A DNA stretch of 63,177 nucleotides, counting the filler, from Octopus bimaculoides (taxonomy: Eukaryota): the NCBI RefSeq assembly GCF_001194135.2. It is 5 parts of 5 records of this genome, joined end to end, with 100 filler letters (N's around TTAATTAATTAA, not from the genome) between each part and the next. Parts side by side here need not be neighbours in the genome. Positions count along the whole stretch, not along the records: positions 1 to 21,302 come from NC_068987.1; positions 21,403 to 42,936 come from NC_069000.1; 3 more parts are not named here. The stretch is one strand, 5' to 3'. Shown here in pieces: positions 11,750-24,290 of this stretch (position 1 is its first letter; every line of letters begins with the position of its first letter). The position numbers were made by a program, and so were the translations under genes. The notes under the pieces were generated by a model, which worked only from the letters and a program-made list of their open reading frames with translations, ran no database searches and had not been told where the DNA came from.

Positions 11750-12960
11750 TACTAGCTAGAAAAACACAGTCCAAACGTGCATCAAATAAGTTGTTCCAGT
11801 CGCCCATTAACACTAAAGAAAGAGATGTCCAAAAAAAATCTTAGTGAATCTTACAATGCCTAGAAACATTTGGTTGTGCCGCCCCTTTCGTAGAATTGGT
11901 ACCTCCTAATCGAAGGAAACTTCCTTCACTGTTGTTTACACCTGGAACCAACAACTCACAGTCCCGGTCCAAAATGCTCGATATTATCTCGAGACCTATG
12001 GTCTTTCCGAAACAACATCATCATTCCATTCCCCAATTCCAGTAGACTAAGAGATTCGTAGCCCTCAAAGTTGTCAAAAATGGGCACCATAGTGTGTGCG
12101 ACGGAAATCTTAGTCTTGCTAATGGCTATCACATGCGCCCCTGCTTCCATTCGTGACAATGTGCACTATGCAACCCACCCTTAGAACAATTATATTAGTA
12201 GACAGGAAAAGAATGGTGTTTGTTCAGGCAATCGGGTATATCAAAATCCCTCCTTTGTATGGGGCTCCTTAGGGAAACACTGAAATAATTTGTTCGTGGC
12301 TATAACGCTGAGACTTCCAATGTCATATGGTATCCTCTCATTCATTTTCCTATACCTGTCGATTACCAGTTTTATCAATTACAATTTGTCAGAGATTTTC
12401 ACTGTTCTTTTTTAAGGACTCCCCACTATCTTTATATTTCTGTTTTGTGCTTAGTAGAATAAAATTACAGATCTCTATTTTCCCTAGCAGGAAGTTGGGT
12501 GTGGGTGGTAATTGTTGTTGTAGGTGGAGTTGTTCAGGTTGTTGATGATTTCGTGTCTTTGTCTATTGGCTTTGCTCTTTTGAGTTTGTTGCTGTTTGTG
12601 TACTAGTTTTTGCTTTTCTTGGGGAGATAACGACACAGATGCAGTATTTGTCTTGTATTTGGCAATGTTTGGTAATGATTGGAGGTGGTACTGTTTTACG
12701 TTTGATCTTTTTTCTCTTTCAATTATTTTTCTTAGTTTTATGCCACCTCTCTTCTCCTCATCACTAAAGGTTGTCGGGTTGAAAAACTCCGACTCGTGGA
12801 TGGGCAGGGATATGTTTTCTTGTATCTAATAGAGATTTTCTTAACAAGCTAGTTTGCTAGTTGCACAACCAGTAGCAGTGTGACTGTTTTTCTATATATT
12901 GCAAGCTGAGGTAAACTACAGCTATGTTTAGGTGGCGATAAACATTACTTCTTAGTATAA
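11750..12960 (-). mobile_element. Tx1/L1-clade LINE fragment: ORF1 end plus ORF2 AP-endonuclease start
   Basis: Minus strand: VIAISKTKI, MMLFRK, LVLMGDWN.LFDARLDC (Tx1-type APE); a near zinc-knuckle CNI*KNSHTATGC near 12850-12900. Confidence 0.7.
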
Positions 12961-13026
12961 ATGCTGCTTTCATCTCTGAGAGACGTTTTCTTAACGAACT
13001 AGCTTTTTATGTACACATATTCATAT

Positions 13027-13704
13027 ACTAGCTGAGGTACCCGGTAATAAATTACCGTTAATAAGATGTCTGTTTATAGTCATGAAACATTTTTCGTCAA
13101 ATTTCGACATTTTTCAAAAATTTTAAATCTTTATTAATGGGTAGGACCAATTTGACGAAAACAAAAGCAGAGTCTGGTAACGAATCCGTGTCGTTGTCAT
13201 TTTTGTACATGTGCGTAAAATGGCAAAATTTTGCGCTTTGGGACAGATTTCGTCAAATTGATGTCACGATGGCTAGCGTGCAAAATGCCTAAATTTTGCT
13301 TGAGAAATAAAATGCTCTTACCTAATCAAAACCTGAAACGTTGTGGAATTAAAACAACGAATTGAAATAATTAGTTTTAGCAAATCAAAACAATTCGCAT
13401 TGAAATGAAGAATTATCAAATGTTAAATAGATTACCATTAATAAGCTGTCTGTTTATACCCATGAAACATTTTTCGTCAAATTCATATCACGATGGCTAG
13501 TGCGAAAAATGCCGAAATTTTTACGATTTTTGAAAAATCGATGCTGATTAAAAATCGATTTTTTAAAAATTCCAAGTGCGTAAGTGACCGCATGGGCATT
13601 AGCCCCACATACGTATCAAGTTTCATCAAGGTCTGTTGAATCGTCTCAGAGGAGTTAAATTAACAAATTCACAAACACACAAACTTCCCGTTTATATTAT
13701 AGAT
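13027..13704 (+). mobile_element. Helitron-family non-autonomous element (HINE/Lep1/DINE-like)
   Basis: 5' ACTAGCTG..ACCCGG; 3' aagtttcatcaag...ggagtt...acaaacacacaaacttcccgtttatattatagat, the layout of Lep1/DINE-type elements; internal duplications. Confidence 0.6.
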
Positions 13705-13784
13705 ATGTGTGTATGAGGATAAAACGTTTTGGGTTATCCTCCTTGCGTACCGACAATGAATATAAAATTAGTCACCAACTGACA

Positions 13785-13898
<114 letters not shown>

Positions 13899-14126
13899 AA
13901 AGAGCGGCGAGCTAGCAGAAACGTTAGCACGCCGGGAGCGAAATGCTTAGCGGTATTTCGTCTGTTGCTACGTTCTGTGCTCAAATTCCGCCGGGGTCGA
14001 CTTTGCTTTTCATCCTCTCGGGGTCGATTAAATAAGTACCAGTTACGTACTGGGTCGATGTAATCGACTTAATTCCTTCCCCCAAATTTGAGGCCTTGTG
14101 CTTCCAGTAGAAAGGATTATTATTAT
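13899..14126 (+). mobile_element. tRNA-derived SINE, family A, near full length
   Basis: Head ggcgagctagcagaa...(B-box-like)ctcaaattcc, core gtcgactttgc.tttcatcct.tcggggtcgat..agtaccag, tail ggccttgtgc...agtagaaaggattattatt. Confidence 0.9.
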
Positions 14127-14399
14127 CAATAATATTAATACGCTAACTTTTTTGTTTTTGTACGTACCTGTTGTGTGCGTCACACTTACTTCAAAGAAGT
14201 GGCAAAGCGAGAGAGAGGAGGACAAAGAGGAAGCAAGAGAGAGAGAGAGAGAGTGAGAGAGAGAAAGGGAGAGTGTGATAGAAAGTGAGAGAGGGAAAGA
14301 GAAAGTGACTGGCGACGGCGTTCGTTTTGTATTTTTAAATGTTTCAGAGAGGACGTAAGAGAGAAAAAAAGAGAGTGAGAGAGAGAGAGAAGTGTAGGG

Positions 14400-15068
14400 A
14401 TGGTAAGCCAGGGATCATTCTCAAATAGTTTCAGTTCCTTTTATGATTACTCCTTGTGATCCTACGATCACTGATATTAGAACCGCCTTGTGATGCCACA
14501 TATTTCGACTTCAGTGAGCAAATCTGTATATTTTCTGAGCTTGTCAAATCCTTTAGCCGCAGTATTATGATCGTAAGGGATAGTCGTATCAATCAATAAA
14601 CAGACTTTATTATTTTGGTCTTTTCCAGCAATTTCCGGTTTATTAGTTTTGATGGTTCTGTCTGAATGTTCAGGAAAGTCCCAAAGAATCATTTCATTTT
14701 CTCCCTCAGCTTTAGGATGATGCCTATACCACTTGTCAACAGTTGAATCTATAATGCCAATATATTAACCAGTGTAGATATTGGCCAGCATGTTATGTGT
14801 TCATTTATACTCTACTAATCCTAAAACTTTACCTCCAGAGATTAAGTGGTCCACTGTTTCAATTGCATCATTGCAATATGGGAACTTTGGATTTACTCCA
14901 TTTTTCATTACATTGACTTGGTGGTTCTGAGTCAATAATTTTTTTATCTTGTGCTGCTAAGATGAAATCTCCGCTCTCCTCCTTTAGCCCAGAGCTTCGT
15001 AGCCACTGATAGGTGTGCTTCCGTTAAACATCAACTTGTTTACTGTGGGTCGTATATTTGCCATGCAG
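14400..15068 (-). mobile_element. R4/Dong-type LINE 3' part (post-RT, CCHC, RLE)
   Basis: LHGKY...QWLRSSGLK...FILAAQD...ETVDHLISG...ILWDF...DRTIKTNKP.I...LID..IP.DHN...K..KY.DL..E...IPGLP. Confidence 0.85.
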
Positions 15069-15069
15069 A

Positions 15070-15230
15070 GATTTTTCTCCGTCTCCCCGCTGAGTTCAAA
15101 TTCCACCGAGGAATGCTTTCGGGGGTCTATAAATTTATTACCAGTTGAGTACAGGGGTCGATGTAACCGATTATCCCCGTCCCCCAATTTTAGACCTTGT
15201 GCCTATAGTAGAGGGGATTATTATTATTAC
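15070..15230 (+). mobile_element. SINE family A, degenerate
   Basis: ctgagttcaaattccaccgagg...ggtcgatgtaaccga...ccttgtgcctatagtagaggggattattatt. Confidence 0.75.
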
Positions 15231-15741
15231 TAACGGGACCCGTGAATATTTCATGGAATTAATGGTAAACCTATTGAGTTATTTCTGAAAACTTTAATCA
15301 AAAAAAAAAAAACACAAAATGTAGCCTGTGTTGTGCTTGTATGGAAAGATAGTCGCTCATCTGCTACTCATTTTAAAAGTGAAGGAAATTACAATACGAT
15401 GATTACTTAATGCTCTTTATATATACACTTTATAAACTTTATGCAGTTTTACAGACTTAGTACACAGCACTCATAAAATAAATATTTATTCTTATTTTTC
15501 CATCTTTCCCATCAACAAACAAATATCCGGTACATATGATACAACCTTTAGTTAAATTGCATATGTCTGCCACGTAAATAAGCGTCAATATCTTACAGAA
15601 TTGCACTTGTGCACATGCGTTAAGTGATAGGTGATATAAAAAAAACTTGGTTGAATTTTTTAAAAAATACACTTTTTTCACTATCGAATCACCACTACCT
15701 CCATTTCCACCACCACCACCATCTCTTCCTTCTCCTCTCCC

Positions 15742-15970
<229 letters not shown>

Positions 15971-16123
15971 CCTCAAATCATGGACCCTTCTCTTTCCCTC
16001 TTTCTGCCTCATTCTTCGCCTTATCCTCTTTTTCTCTCTCCTTTTTCTTTCTCCTCTCTTTCCCTTCAACTGACCACATGAAAGCACTACAATTACACTC
16101 CCTTTACGTCACATCATGGACGC

Positions 16124-16164
<41 letters not shown>

Positions 16165-16227
16165 CTTTTCTCCCTCTTTTTCTATAATCATGTGAAAGCG
16201 TTACCGACGTAAGTAATGCAATGACAA

Positions 16228-16442
16228 GCAGAATCTTTAGCAGGCCGGGCAAAATGCTTAGCGGCATTTCGCTCGTCTTTACGTTTTGAATTCGAATTCC
16301 GTCGAGGTCGACTTTGCTTTTCATCCTTTCGGGGTCGATAAATTAAGTACCAGTTACGCACTGAGGTCGATGTAATCGACTTGTCTCCTCCCCAAAAATG
16401 TCAACCCTTATGCCTATAGTAGAAAGGATTATTATTATTATT
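16228..16442 (+). mobile_element. SINE family A
   Basis: aaatgcttagcggcatttcg...gaggtcgactttgcttttcatcctttcggggtcgataaattaagtaccag...agaaaggattattatt. Confidence 0.9.
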
Positions 16443-17596
16443 ACGTGGGCAGTACACCAGTGCTCAACTGGTGTACTGCCCACCATCTAAGTCACCCTTC
16501 CTCCTAACTTACTGGTCCTGTGCCAAAATTTGAAACCATTATTATTATTATTATTATTATTATTATGGCACAGCATGTTCCAGATCTTATGAATACATTT
16601 ATTCTTTAAATTAACTTTAGTTTCTAAATTCGTTGGAATAAATTATTGGTTCATTTTATCAGTTATGGGGCATACTAATTAGAACTGTTACTAAAAGTTT
16701 CAAGTCAAATAACAGATTTTCTTTTCTCTATCTTTCTCTTTCTTATTTTCTCTCTCTAGTTTTCGCTCTCCCTCTCCCTCTCCCTCTTCCCCCCTCTCTC
16801 TCTTTACGTAACCACATAAAATATTATATTAATTGTTCAGTAAATAATACTGGCACGGTTGAATCTGTGACCAAATATCATATTATCATATTATTTGAGA
16901 AAAAGTCGTTGAGTAACGAAATAAATACTTTCCCCAGAGGTGTTTTAACCGTGTTTATTAGCATTTTTACCGGTAATAACAGATATGTTATGATACTGCA
17001 GCAACAAAAATATTATAATATTAATAATTAATGAATTAATTTTATTAGTTAACCTTCTTGGGAACGATTTATAATTCAACGTTCTTGTAGGGCTTCTTGC
17101 CTGACAACATTTTACTCGATATCTTCACGAGACCAAAAGCCAAGTTCACAGAATCTAAAGCATTATTTCTTTTCTTCCTGGATTTTATTGAAATAACTCT
17201 ATGTAGCATATATCTGTGACGATCGAGTCAATGGTTCGATCTTTATGCTGACACCAAGTCGCATCTATGTAAAGCCAAAGCACTTAATACACATGCGATT
17301 TCAACTACTTTATTCGTAAGATGTTCATAAGTTAGTAAACACCATAACCTTAAACATTAATGATGATGTAAAATTAACAAGTGCTTCATTATCTTGCAGT
17401 ACATGGTTGAAATTCATCCCTAGCTCTGGCTTAATGAGGATGAGAATTTGAGACGATGATTTTTACTATTTGCTCTACGTGAGCAAGAAGACTTCCCTGG
17501 TGCCATCAGGTCGCAATTATTATAGGAATGACATTTCTCAATACAAACATTTTAACATCATTTTGGTAGTTTACTTACTGGTAGTTTTATTACAAT

Positions 17597-17984
17597 GGGG
17601 GCGCAATGTCCCAATGGTTAGGGCAGCGGACTCGCGGTCATAGGATCGCGGTTTCGATTCCCAGACCGGGCGTTGTGAGTGTTTATTGAGCGAAAACACC
17701 TAAAAGCTCCACGAGGCTCCGGCAGGGGATGATGGCGAACCCTGCTGCACTCTTTTACCACAAATTTCTCTCTTCTCTCACTCTTACTTCCTGTTTCTGT
17801 TGTACCTGTAATTCAAAGGGTCAGCCTTGTCACACTGTGTCACGCTGATTATCCCCGAGAACTACGTTAAGGGTACACGTGTCTGTGGAGTGCTCAGCCA
17901 CTTGCACGTTAATTTCACGAGCAGGCTGTTCCGTTGATCGGATCAACTGGAACCCTCGACGTCGTAAGCGACGGAGTGCCAACA
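17597..17984 (+). mobile_element. tRNA-derived SINE, family C, full length
   Basis: Clear pol III head: A-box-like aatggttagggcag and B-box gtttcgattcc; body ctacgttaagggtacacgtgtctgtggagtgctcagcc shared with 35965-36205. Confidence 0.85.
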
Positions 17985-18269
17985 CAGTTTTATTAGAATC
18001 AGCATCGGAATGTTTTCTTTTGACTTATATTTCCAGAGACAGAAAACAGGACGTTTTGAACCATTCATAAACACCCCGATTCATTCTATTAGAACATTAA
18101 ATTTACAGGCGAAGTATAATTATGTTCAACCAGGAACTGAACCTGGTCTTAGTGGCCGCAATAGAAAGAATAGAACCAGTCTGCAGATTCCGCGATTATT
18201 CAGACAGGTAACAATCCCCAACAGATAAATATACAAACGAAAGGTTTCAATATATAAAGCATTTTTTCT

Positions 18270-18938
18270 TTTATCGTTTTCTTGTTTCAGTCATTAGACT
18301 GTAGCTCTGCTGGGGCACCGCCTTGAAGAACTTTTAGTTGAATGAATCAACCCCAGTACTTATTTGCTTATGTTTGTAAGCCTGGTACTTATTCTATCGG
18401 TCTTTTTTTGCCTAACCTCTAATTTACGGAAACGTAAACGCACTAGCATCGATTGTCAAGCGGTGGTGAGAGACAAACACAGATACACACACACACACAC
18501 ACACAGGTATATATATAGAGAGATATATATACAACAGACGTCTTTCAGTTTGCTTCTACCAAATCTACTCACAAGGCTTTGGTCGGTCCCAGGCTTTAGT
18601 AGAAGACACTTGCCCGAGGTGCAACGCAGTGGGACTGAACCCAGGACCATGTGGTTGGAAAGCAAGCTTCTTATTTCTTTATTGCCCACAAGGGGCTAAA
18701 CATAGAGGGGACAAACAAGGACAGACAAATGGATTAAGTCGATTACATCGACCCCAGTGTGTAACTGGTACTTAATTTATCGACCCCGAAAGGATGAAAG
18801 GCAAAGTCGACCTCGGCGGAATTTGAACTCAGAACGTAGCGACGAGTGAAATACCGCTAAGCATTTCGTCCAGCGCGCTAACGATTCGGCCAGCTCGCCG
18901 CCTTAAGCAAGCTTCTTACCACACAACCACGCCTGCGT
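18270..18938 (-). mobile_element. SINE family B (internal (CA)n), interrupted by a family-A SINE
   Basis: Minus strand head gcaggcgtggttgtgtggtaagaagcttgctt...gggttcagtccc; body matches 54750-55152. Confidence 0.85.
18674..18904 (-). mobile_element. SINE family A nested insertion with 14-bp TSD
   Basis: AAGCAAGCTTCTTA at 18660-18673 and 18905-18918 flanks a complete copy. Confidence 0.95.
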
Positions 18939-19166
18939 CTGTCATATTTCTTGCATAAATTTCTGTTGTATTATATTATATACCTAAGGGGCTGTGGAAT
19001 ATTGGAGGTGCAGCACATACTATAGACAATGTACATTATACAATGTAGCATTCTATATTCTGCAAGAGTCCTAAAAATAAAAGAGGTTTGATGTTTGAAG
19101 ATATTTGTGACCGTACTTCAAGATAACATCTCTACTAACTAAATCAGCTTATAATAGCATGAATAT

Positions 19167-19231
<65 letters not shown>

Positions 19232-19232
<1 letters not shown>

Positions 19233-19442
19233 CCTTTCTACTATAGGCACAAGGCCTGAAATTTTGGGGGAGGCAAGTCGATTACATCGACCCCAGTGCT
19301 CAACTGGTACTTAATTTATCGACCCCGAAAAGATGAAACAAAATTGATCTCGGTGGAATTTGAACTCAGAACGAAGAGACGGTCGAAATGTCGCTAAACA
19401 TTTTGCCAGGCTTGCCAACGATTCTGCCCTTTCGCCGCCTTT

Positions 19443-19512
<70 letters not shown>

Positions 19513-19952
19513 GTTTCAAACTTTGGCACACAAGGCCAGCAATTTTGGGGTGTGCGGGTATCGATTAAATCGACCTCAGTGCGTAATTGATACTTATCTT
19601 ATCGCTGCCTTAATAATGAAGGTTTCAAATTTTGACACAAGGCCAGCAATTTCGGGGAGGAGGCAAGTCGATTACATCGGCCCCAGTGTTCAAGTGGTAC
19701 TTATTCTATCAACCTTGAAAGGATGAAAAGAAAAGTCGACCTCAGCAGAATTTGAACTCAGAAGATAAGACGAACAAAATGCCGCCATGCATTTTGCCCA
19801 GCGTGCTAACGATTCAGCTAGCTCGCAGATTTAATAATAATGATAATAATCCTTTCTACTATAGGTAGAAGGCCTGAAATTTAAGGGGACGGAATAAGTC
19901 GATTACATTGACTTCAGTGCTCAATGGTACTTATTTTACGGACCCCGAAAGG
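19232..19952 (-). mobile_element. Tandem array of four family-A SINE copies separated by (TAA)n
   Basis: Copies at ~19232-19442, 19511-19611, 19620-19830, 19851-19952, all minus strand, each starting with a tail (tcctttctactatagg or ggtttcaaa.tttg.caca) after a TAA run. Confidence 0.9.
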
Positions 19953-20039
19953 GGTTAATACAGTAAAAAAAAATCTTGCAGTGATATTTGAATGGAATTC
20001 GATATATGAAAATGTGCGACTTTAGCCATGACGAGAGGG

Positions 20040-20950
20040 TAAAGAGCCCATATTAATGGAGTAAACTTATCGGAAGAACGTATTTTAGAATCTGATGACA
20101 ATGAATATACGTATCAAAGCTTGCTGGAACTGGATGATGTTATACATAAAGAAAAGAAGGGAAACTAAAACACAGAAGATTAAACCAAAGAATTTGATAA
20201 ATTTGATTAACATATTGGCGGTTGCTTCATAGAGCTGGAATGGTGAAGTGAACGAAAAATGAAATTGGTGCATTAGATAGAAAAACGAGAAAAATACTAA
20301 TTATAAATGGAGTGCTTCATCTGATGGCAAATATAAGTCCTTTGTATACGAAACTGGAGATTGGTGATAGAGAACTGATTAACGTTTCTGATTGTGTGGA
20401 TGGAGAACAAAAGCCAATAAGCTACTAACTTGCAAAATATGAAGAACAACTTAAATGTTCTAAGATTTGCATGAGTTGAATTAAGATAATTTATAAATGA
20501 AAGGAATTGCTGGAAATCGCAGTTACATGGATAGTTCCACTGAGACAGCATAAATATGAAAAATAATGACTCATAAAAATGTCTCTAGGCTTAAAAAGAG
20601 AAATTAAGAGTTACTTTTTTTATATGCAGTTGTTCAAGATGAGGCTCTAAACACTAGTTCAGTGACTAAAGGTATTTATTCCAACCGCTTTGACAAACAA
20701 ATGTTGCCAGTGTAAACAATAAGTGGAAAATAGCTACTATATTGTTTCGAGCTGCAAAATGTTATATTAGGAAGAATGTAAATGAACGTCATGATATTTT
20801 GTTTCAGTTTGCAAAGGCCAGTTTCTAAAAAATATGGTTGCAACATTTCAGACAAGTTGTGCAGTCATGTACTAAAACAATTCTCTAAATGAATTTGGTA
20901 AACAAATAAGTCTATAGAATTTTCATATCCAGACGGATTCTTGTTGTTCA
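20040..20950 (+). mobile_element. Highly decayed R4/Dong-type LINE fragment
   Basis: DNEYTYQSLLELDDVIHKE, QDEALNT, ERHD remnants in the order expected for RT end to CCHC region. Confidence 0.55.
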
Positions 20951-21009
20951 ACATACGATAGGTATATTTTTTTCTGGTCATTTCTATCGTGCTCAACAAT
21001 AGGCAGTAT

Positions 21010-21180
21010 CATATGTTATATTTTAGAGACTTCCACGCTCTAAGAGAGGACAAAGACCACTCAGTTATGTTGATATTGTTATCAAACACGCAATATACAA
21101 TTGTGCATCTATCAACGCTAATGGAGGACAGAGATTCATGGCGCAACATTGTGAAACGCATCTTGGTTGTAACCATTTAA
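21010..21180 (+). mobile_element. RTE-type LINE 3' tail remnant
   Basis: LSTLMEDRDSWRNIVKRI resembles the terminal M.DR..WR..V motif of RTE ORFs. Confidence 0.45.
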
Positions 21181-21270
21181 AGAAAATATACATATAAACA
21201 TACACATATATATATATGCATACAAGCACACACACACATACACATACACACACATATATATTTATATACA

Positions 21271-21302
<32 letters not shown>

Positions 21303-21500
21303 NNNNNNNNNNNNNNNNNNNNNNNNNNNNNNNNNNNNNNNNNNNNTTAATTAATTAANNNNNNNNNNNNNNNNNNNNNNNNNNNNNNNNNNNNNNNNNN
21401 NNGTGGTATGTAGTATTTTTGCTGCTATTTCTAGCGAGTAGATGTCCTATTATAGGCGTCTCTGCATTTCTAATGAAATATATATATATGCATATATATA

Positions 21501-21555
<55 letters not shown>

Positions 21556-21819
21556 CTTTACGTTTATAAGTGTATCTACTTCTGTCAGTGTTTGTGCGCA
21601 AATTGTGTATATGGATGTAGGTGTATACATGCCGGTGTACATAGACATAAACTTTCTTTGATAATAATTTTAAATTTTACAATCACGTCGCTTCGAGTAA
21701 TTGAAATAAATATTGAAACATATTTCCCCTTGTACTTCTTATTACTAAATCTAGAATTCCGAACGAATTCGATAAAAACAGAAGAACGTGGCACTATAGT
21801 CCATATCATGCGCTGTTAC

Positions 21820-22232
21820 GCTGAGTGCTGGTAGAATGGTTATGGAACCACGAAATGCTACGTGCAATTTCGTCCACCTTACGTTGGACCTCGAACGCTA
21901 CCATGGTTGACATTGCTTTCCATAATTTCGACGTCGATAAATTAAGTAACAATCAAGTTCTGGGGTCAGAAATCGACTAGCTCTCTCCCCACAAATGTCA
22001 GTTCTTGTGCCCATAGAACAAAGGATTTATTAGCTCCAATACAGCAATCGTTAGTAAGCCGGTTAAAGTGCTTATCGCCATTTTGTCTGTCTTTATCTTC
22101 TGAGCTTAAATTCCGCCTAGGTTGATTTTTCTGGGTGGATGTCATAAGTACCAGCTAAGCATTGGGTCCTGTGTAATTGACTATCCCTCTCCGCACAAAA
22201 TTTCAGCCTTGAGCCTGCAGCAGAAAGGGTTA
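21820..22232 (+). mobile_element. Two decayed family-A SINE copies in tandem
   Basis: gtcgataaattaagta..., ttgtgcccatag..aaaggatt at 21820-22030; ctgagcttaaattccgcc..., agccttgagcc at 22050-22232. Confidence 0.65.
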
Positions 22233-23189
22233 GTTGCTTTAAATCAGTATCACTCGATCATGTTTTTTATCCTGCGGACATTCTTGATACCTCTTTTGCC
22301 CGGAGGGACACTCCTAGCCATTCCATGTTTAATAAATCATATAATGCTTTTATAATTAAATATTTTCGCCGGGTACCCGCACAGTTTTCAGGTGTCAAAT
22401 TTCAGTGAAATGATTTAGGTTTACTCAAAATTATTGAAAATACAACTTCCTCGGGAGTCAAAGAATGTAGTAAGACCAGAAAACTCGCTGTGGGGAACTG
22501 AAAATGTTTAAGACACATATCCTTACATTGAGATAATAGTGACGGATGTGTTTTGAAAAGCAGGAAAATTATGAGGTGGTGGAGAAAGATTTGTGAATAG
22601 TAACAGAAAATGATGAGGATTTAGTTTTGATGAATATAGTAATGGATATGAAAGTGTAAAAGTGTGAATGAAAGAACTGGGAAATGGATGAAGGAAAAAT
22701 TAATATTTAAATGAGAGGATGCAATAGATTATGGGTAATTCAATGAAGCTGCATTAGGGTGAATTTTATTAAATATACAGAAATTGTAATTATATTAATT
22801 GTTGGAATTTAATTATGTATATTTGAGTAAGAAGAGAAAACGTAAACTTTCTTTGAAGCATGCAAACATACACAAACACAAATATGATGCGAGATATTAA
22901 AAACAACTTCCCTTTCAAACATATTAGAAAGCACGACACTGTTTTTATTTGATTTTCTTTTCTGAAAGGCTTTGCGTATTTCACTATTAGTTCTGTAACT
23001 TAGGCTTTTCTTAATAATTATCATATTCGACTGTCGTTTCATCACGTATTTACAACCACAAAGAAAAGCATCGCACATGAAATATGCAATACCATATAAA
23101 TCAACAAAACTTCGATAGAAGCGCACAGCAGTTGGCAACACGATTATTCCATTCTGAATGTTTTGCAAATAATAATAATAATGATGATG

Positions 23190-23257
<68 letters not shown>

Positions 23258-23258
<1 letters not shown>

Positions 23259-23430
23259 GATTCTACCATAGGCATAAAACCTGGAATATGAGGGGAGGGG
23301 GATAGTAGATCAATTCGACCCAGTGCTTGACTAGTACTTATTTTATCGATTCCTAAAGGATGAAACGAAATCTCAACCTCAGCGGAATTTGAACTCAGAA
23401 CGTAAAGACGTCAAGTAATAATAACGCCTT
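23258..23430 (-). mobile_element. SINE family A embedded in (TAA)n
   Basis: cggaatttgaactcagaacgtaaagac; long (TAA)n tail at 23168-23257 and short TAA run at the head end. Confidence 0.8.
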
Positions 23431-23482
23431 TAATAATAATAACACTATTCCTGTCAAGATGAAAGACAACATCGACCACAGC

Positions 23483-23581
23483 GAAGAAGAAGAAGAAGAA
23501 GAAGAAGAAGAAGAAGAAGAAGAAGAAGAAGAAGAAGAAGAAGAAGAAGAAGAAGAAGAAGAAGAAGAAGAAGAAGAAGAA
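23483..23581. repeat. (GAA)n microsatellite
   Basis: Direct inspection. Confidence 0.98.
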
Positions 23582-24290
23582 AACTTGGCCAAGTTATTTG
23601 GAATATCCAATGAGAGATGATAAGTAGAATCTGGTAAGAAAGCTTCCTGCAAAATGTGGAAACCATAAAAGACAACGATACGAAGAATATGAAGAGGGAT
23701 CAAAGAGAACTAGTTTTGGAAACAGAACGAACCATTCCATGGAAGAATTATTAGGGATTCAGAGGGAATAAGTAATGAATCTTGAAAGTTAGCACAAAAC
23801 GCTTTTTCAAGAAAGAGACAGAATGCGTGATACTTGCAGCCCACGATTCAGCGCTTTGCACAGATTGTATGAAGACAAATATCAATAAGCAGGATGGATC
23901 CGAAAATTGAAGACTGTACGGTGAAAGGCATGAATCAATCTTTCATGTAACGTCAGAATGTATAAAACAAGAACAAAATGTATAGAAGCTCAGTTCCATA
24001 ATGTGGCTAGGATGATCCATCAAGAACTGTGTCAGAAGATTGATCTTACTGGTGAGATCAAACAATGTAAACACGAACCACAGAAAAATCATGGGGGATA
24101 CCAATGGGAAACACCTGTGGCACTTTGGCATACAAACCAACTAATGTGATAAAACACAGTAGGCTAGATATTTTAGTCCTGTACAAAAAGGACAAAATAT
24201 GTGACATTATTGACATAACAAGCACCAGGGATTAGAATGCAAAAACTAAATAGAAAGAGATGTAACCAGCTGTAGATGATTGAGAAGATA
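23580..24290 (+). mobile_element. R4/Dong-type LINE fragment (post-RT, CCHC, RLE start)
   Basis: FHGR, KKETECVILAA, ESIFHVTSEC, HNVARMIHQELC, KHSRLDILV...IIDI remnants. Confidence 0.8.

Noticed and set aside
17597-17670. tRNA-like sequence with A and B boxes
   Set aside because: Continues into a ~390-bp SINE body shared with 35965-36205; a SINE head, not a tRNA gene.
19160-19952. Repeat-spacer appearance resembling a CRISPR array
   Set aside because: Eukaryotic SINE copies separated by microsatellite; no constant short repeat, unique spacers or cas genes.
21347-21358. TTAATTAATTAA embedded in N-runs (also 42981-42992, 60738-60749, 62097-62108)
   Set aside because: Identical palindromic 12-mer with stops in all six frames, centred between 44-N blocks (100 bp total): a scaffolding spacer, not biology.
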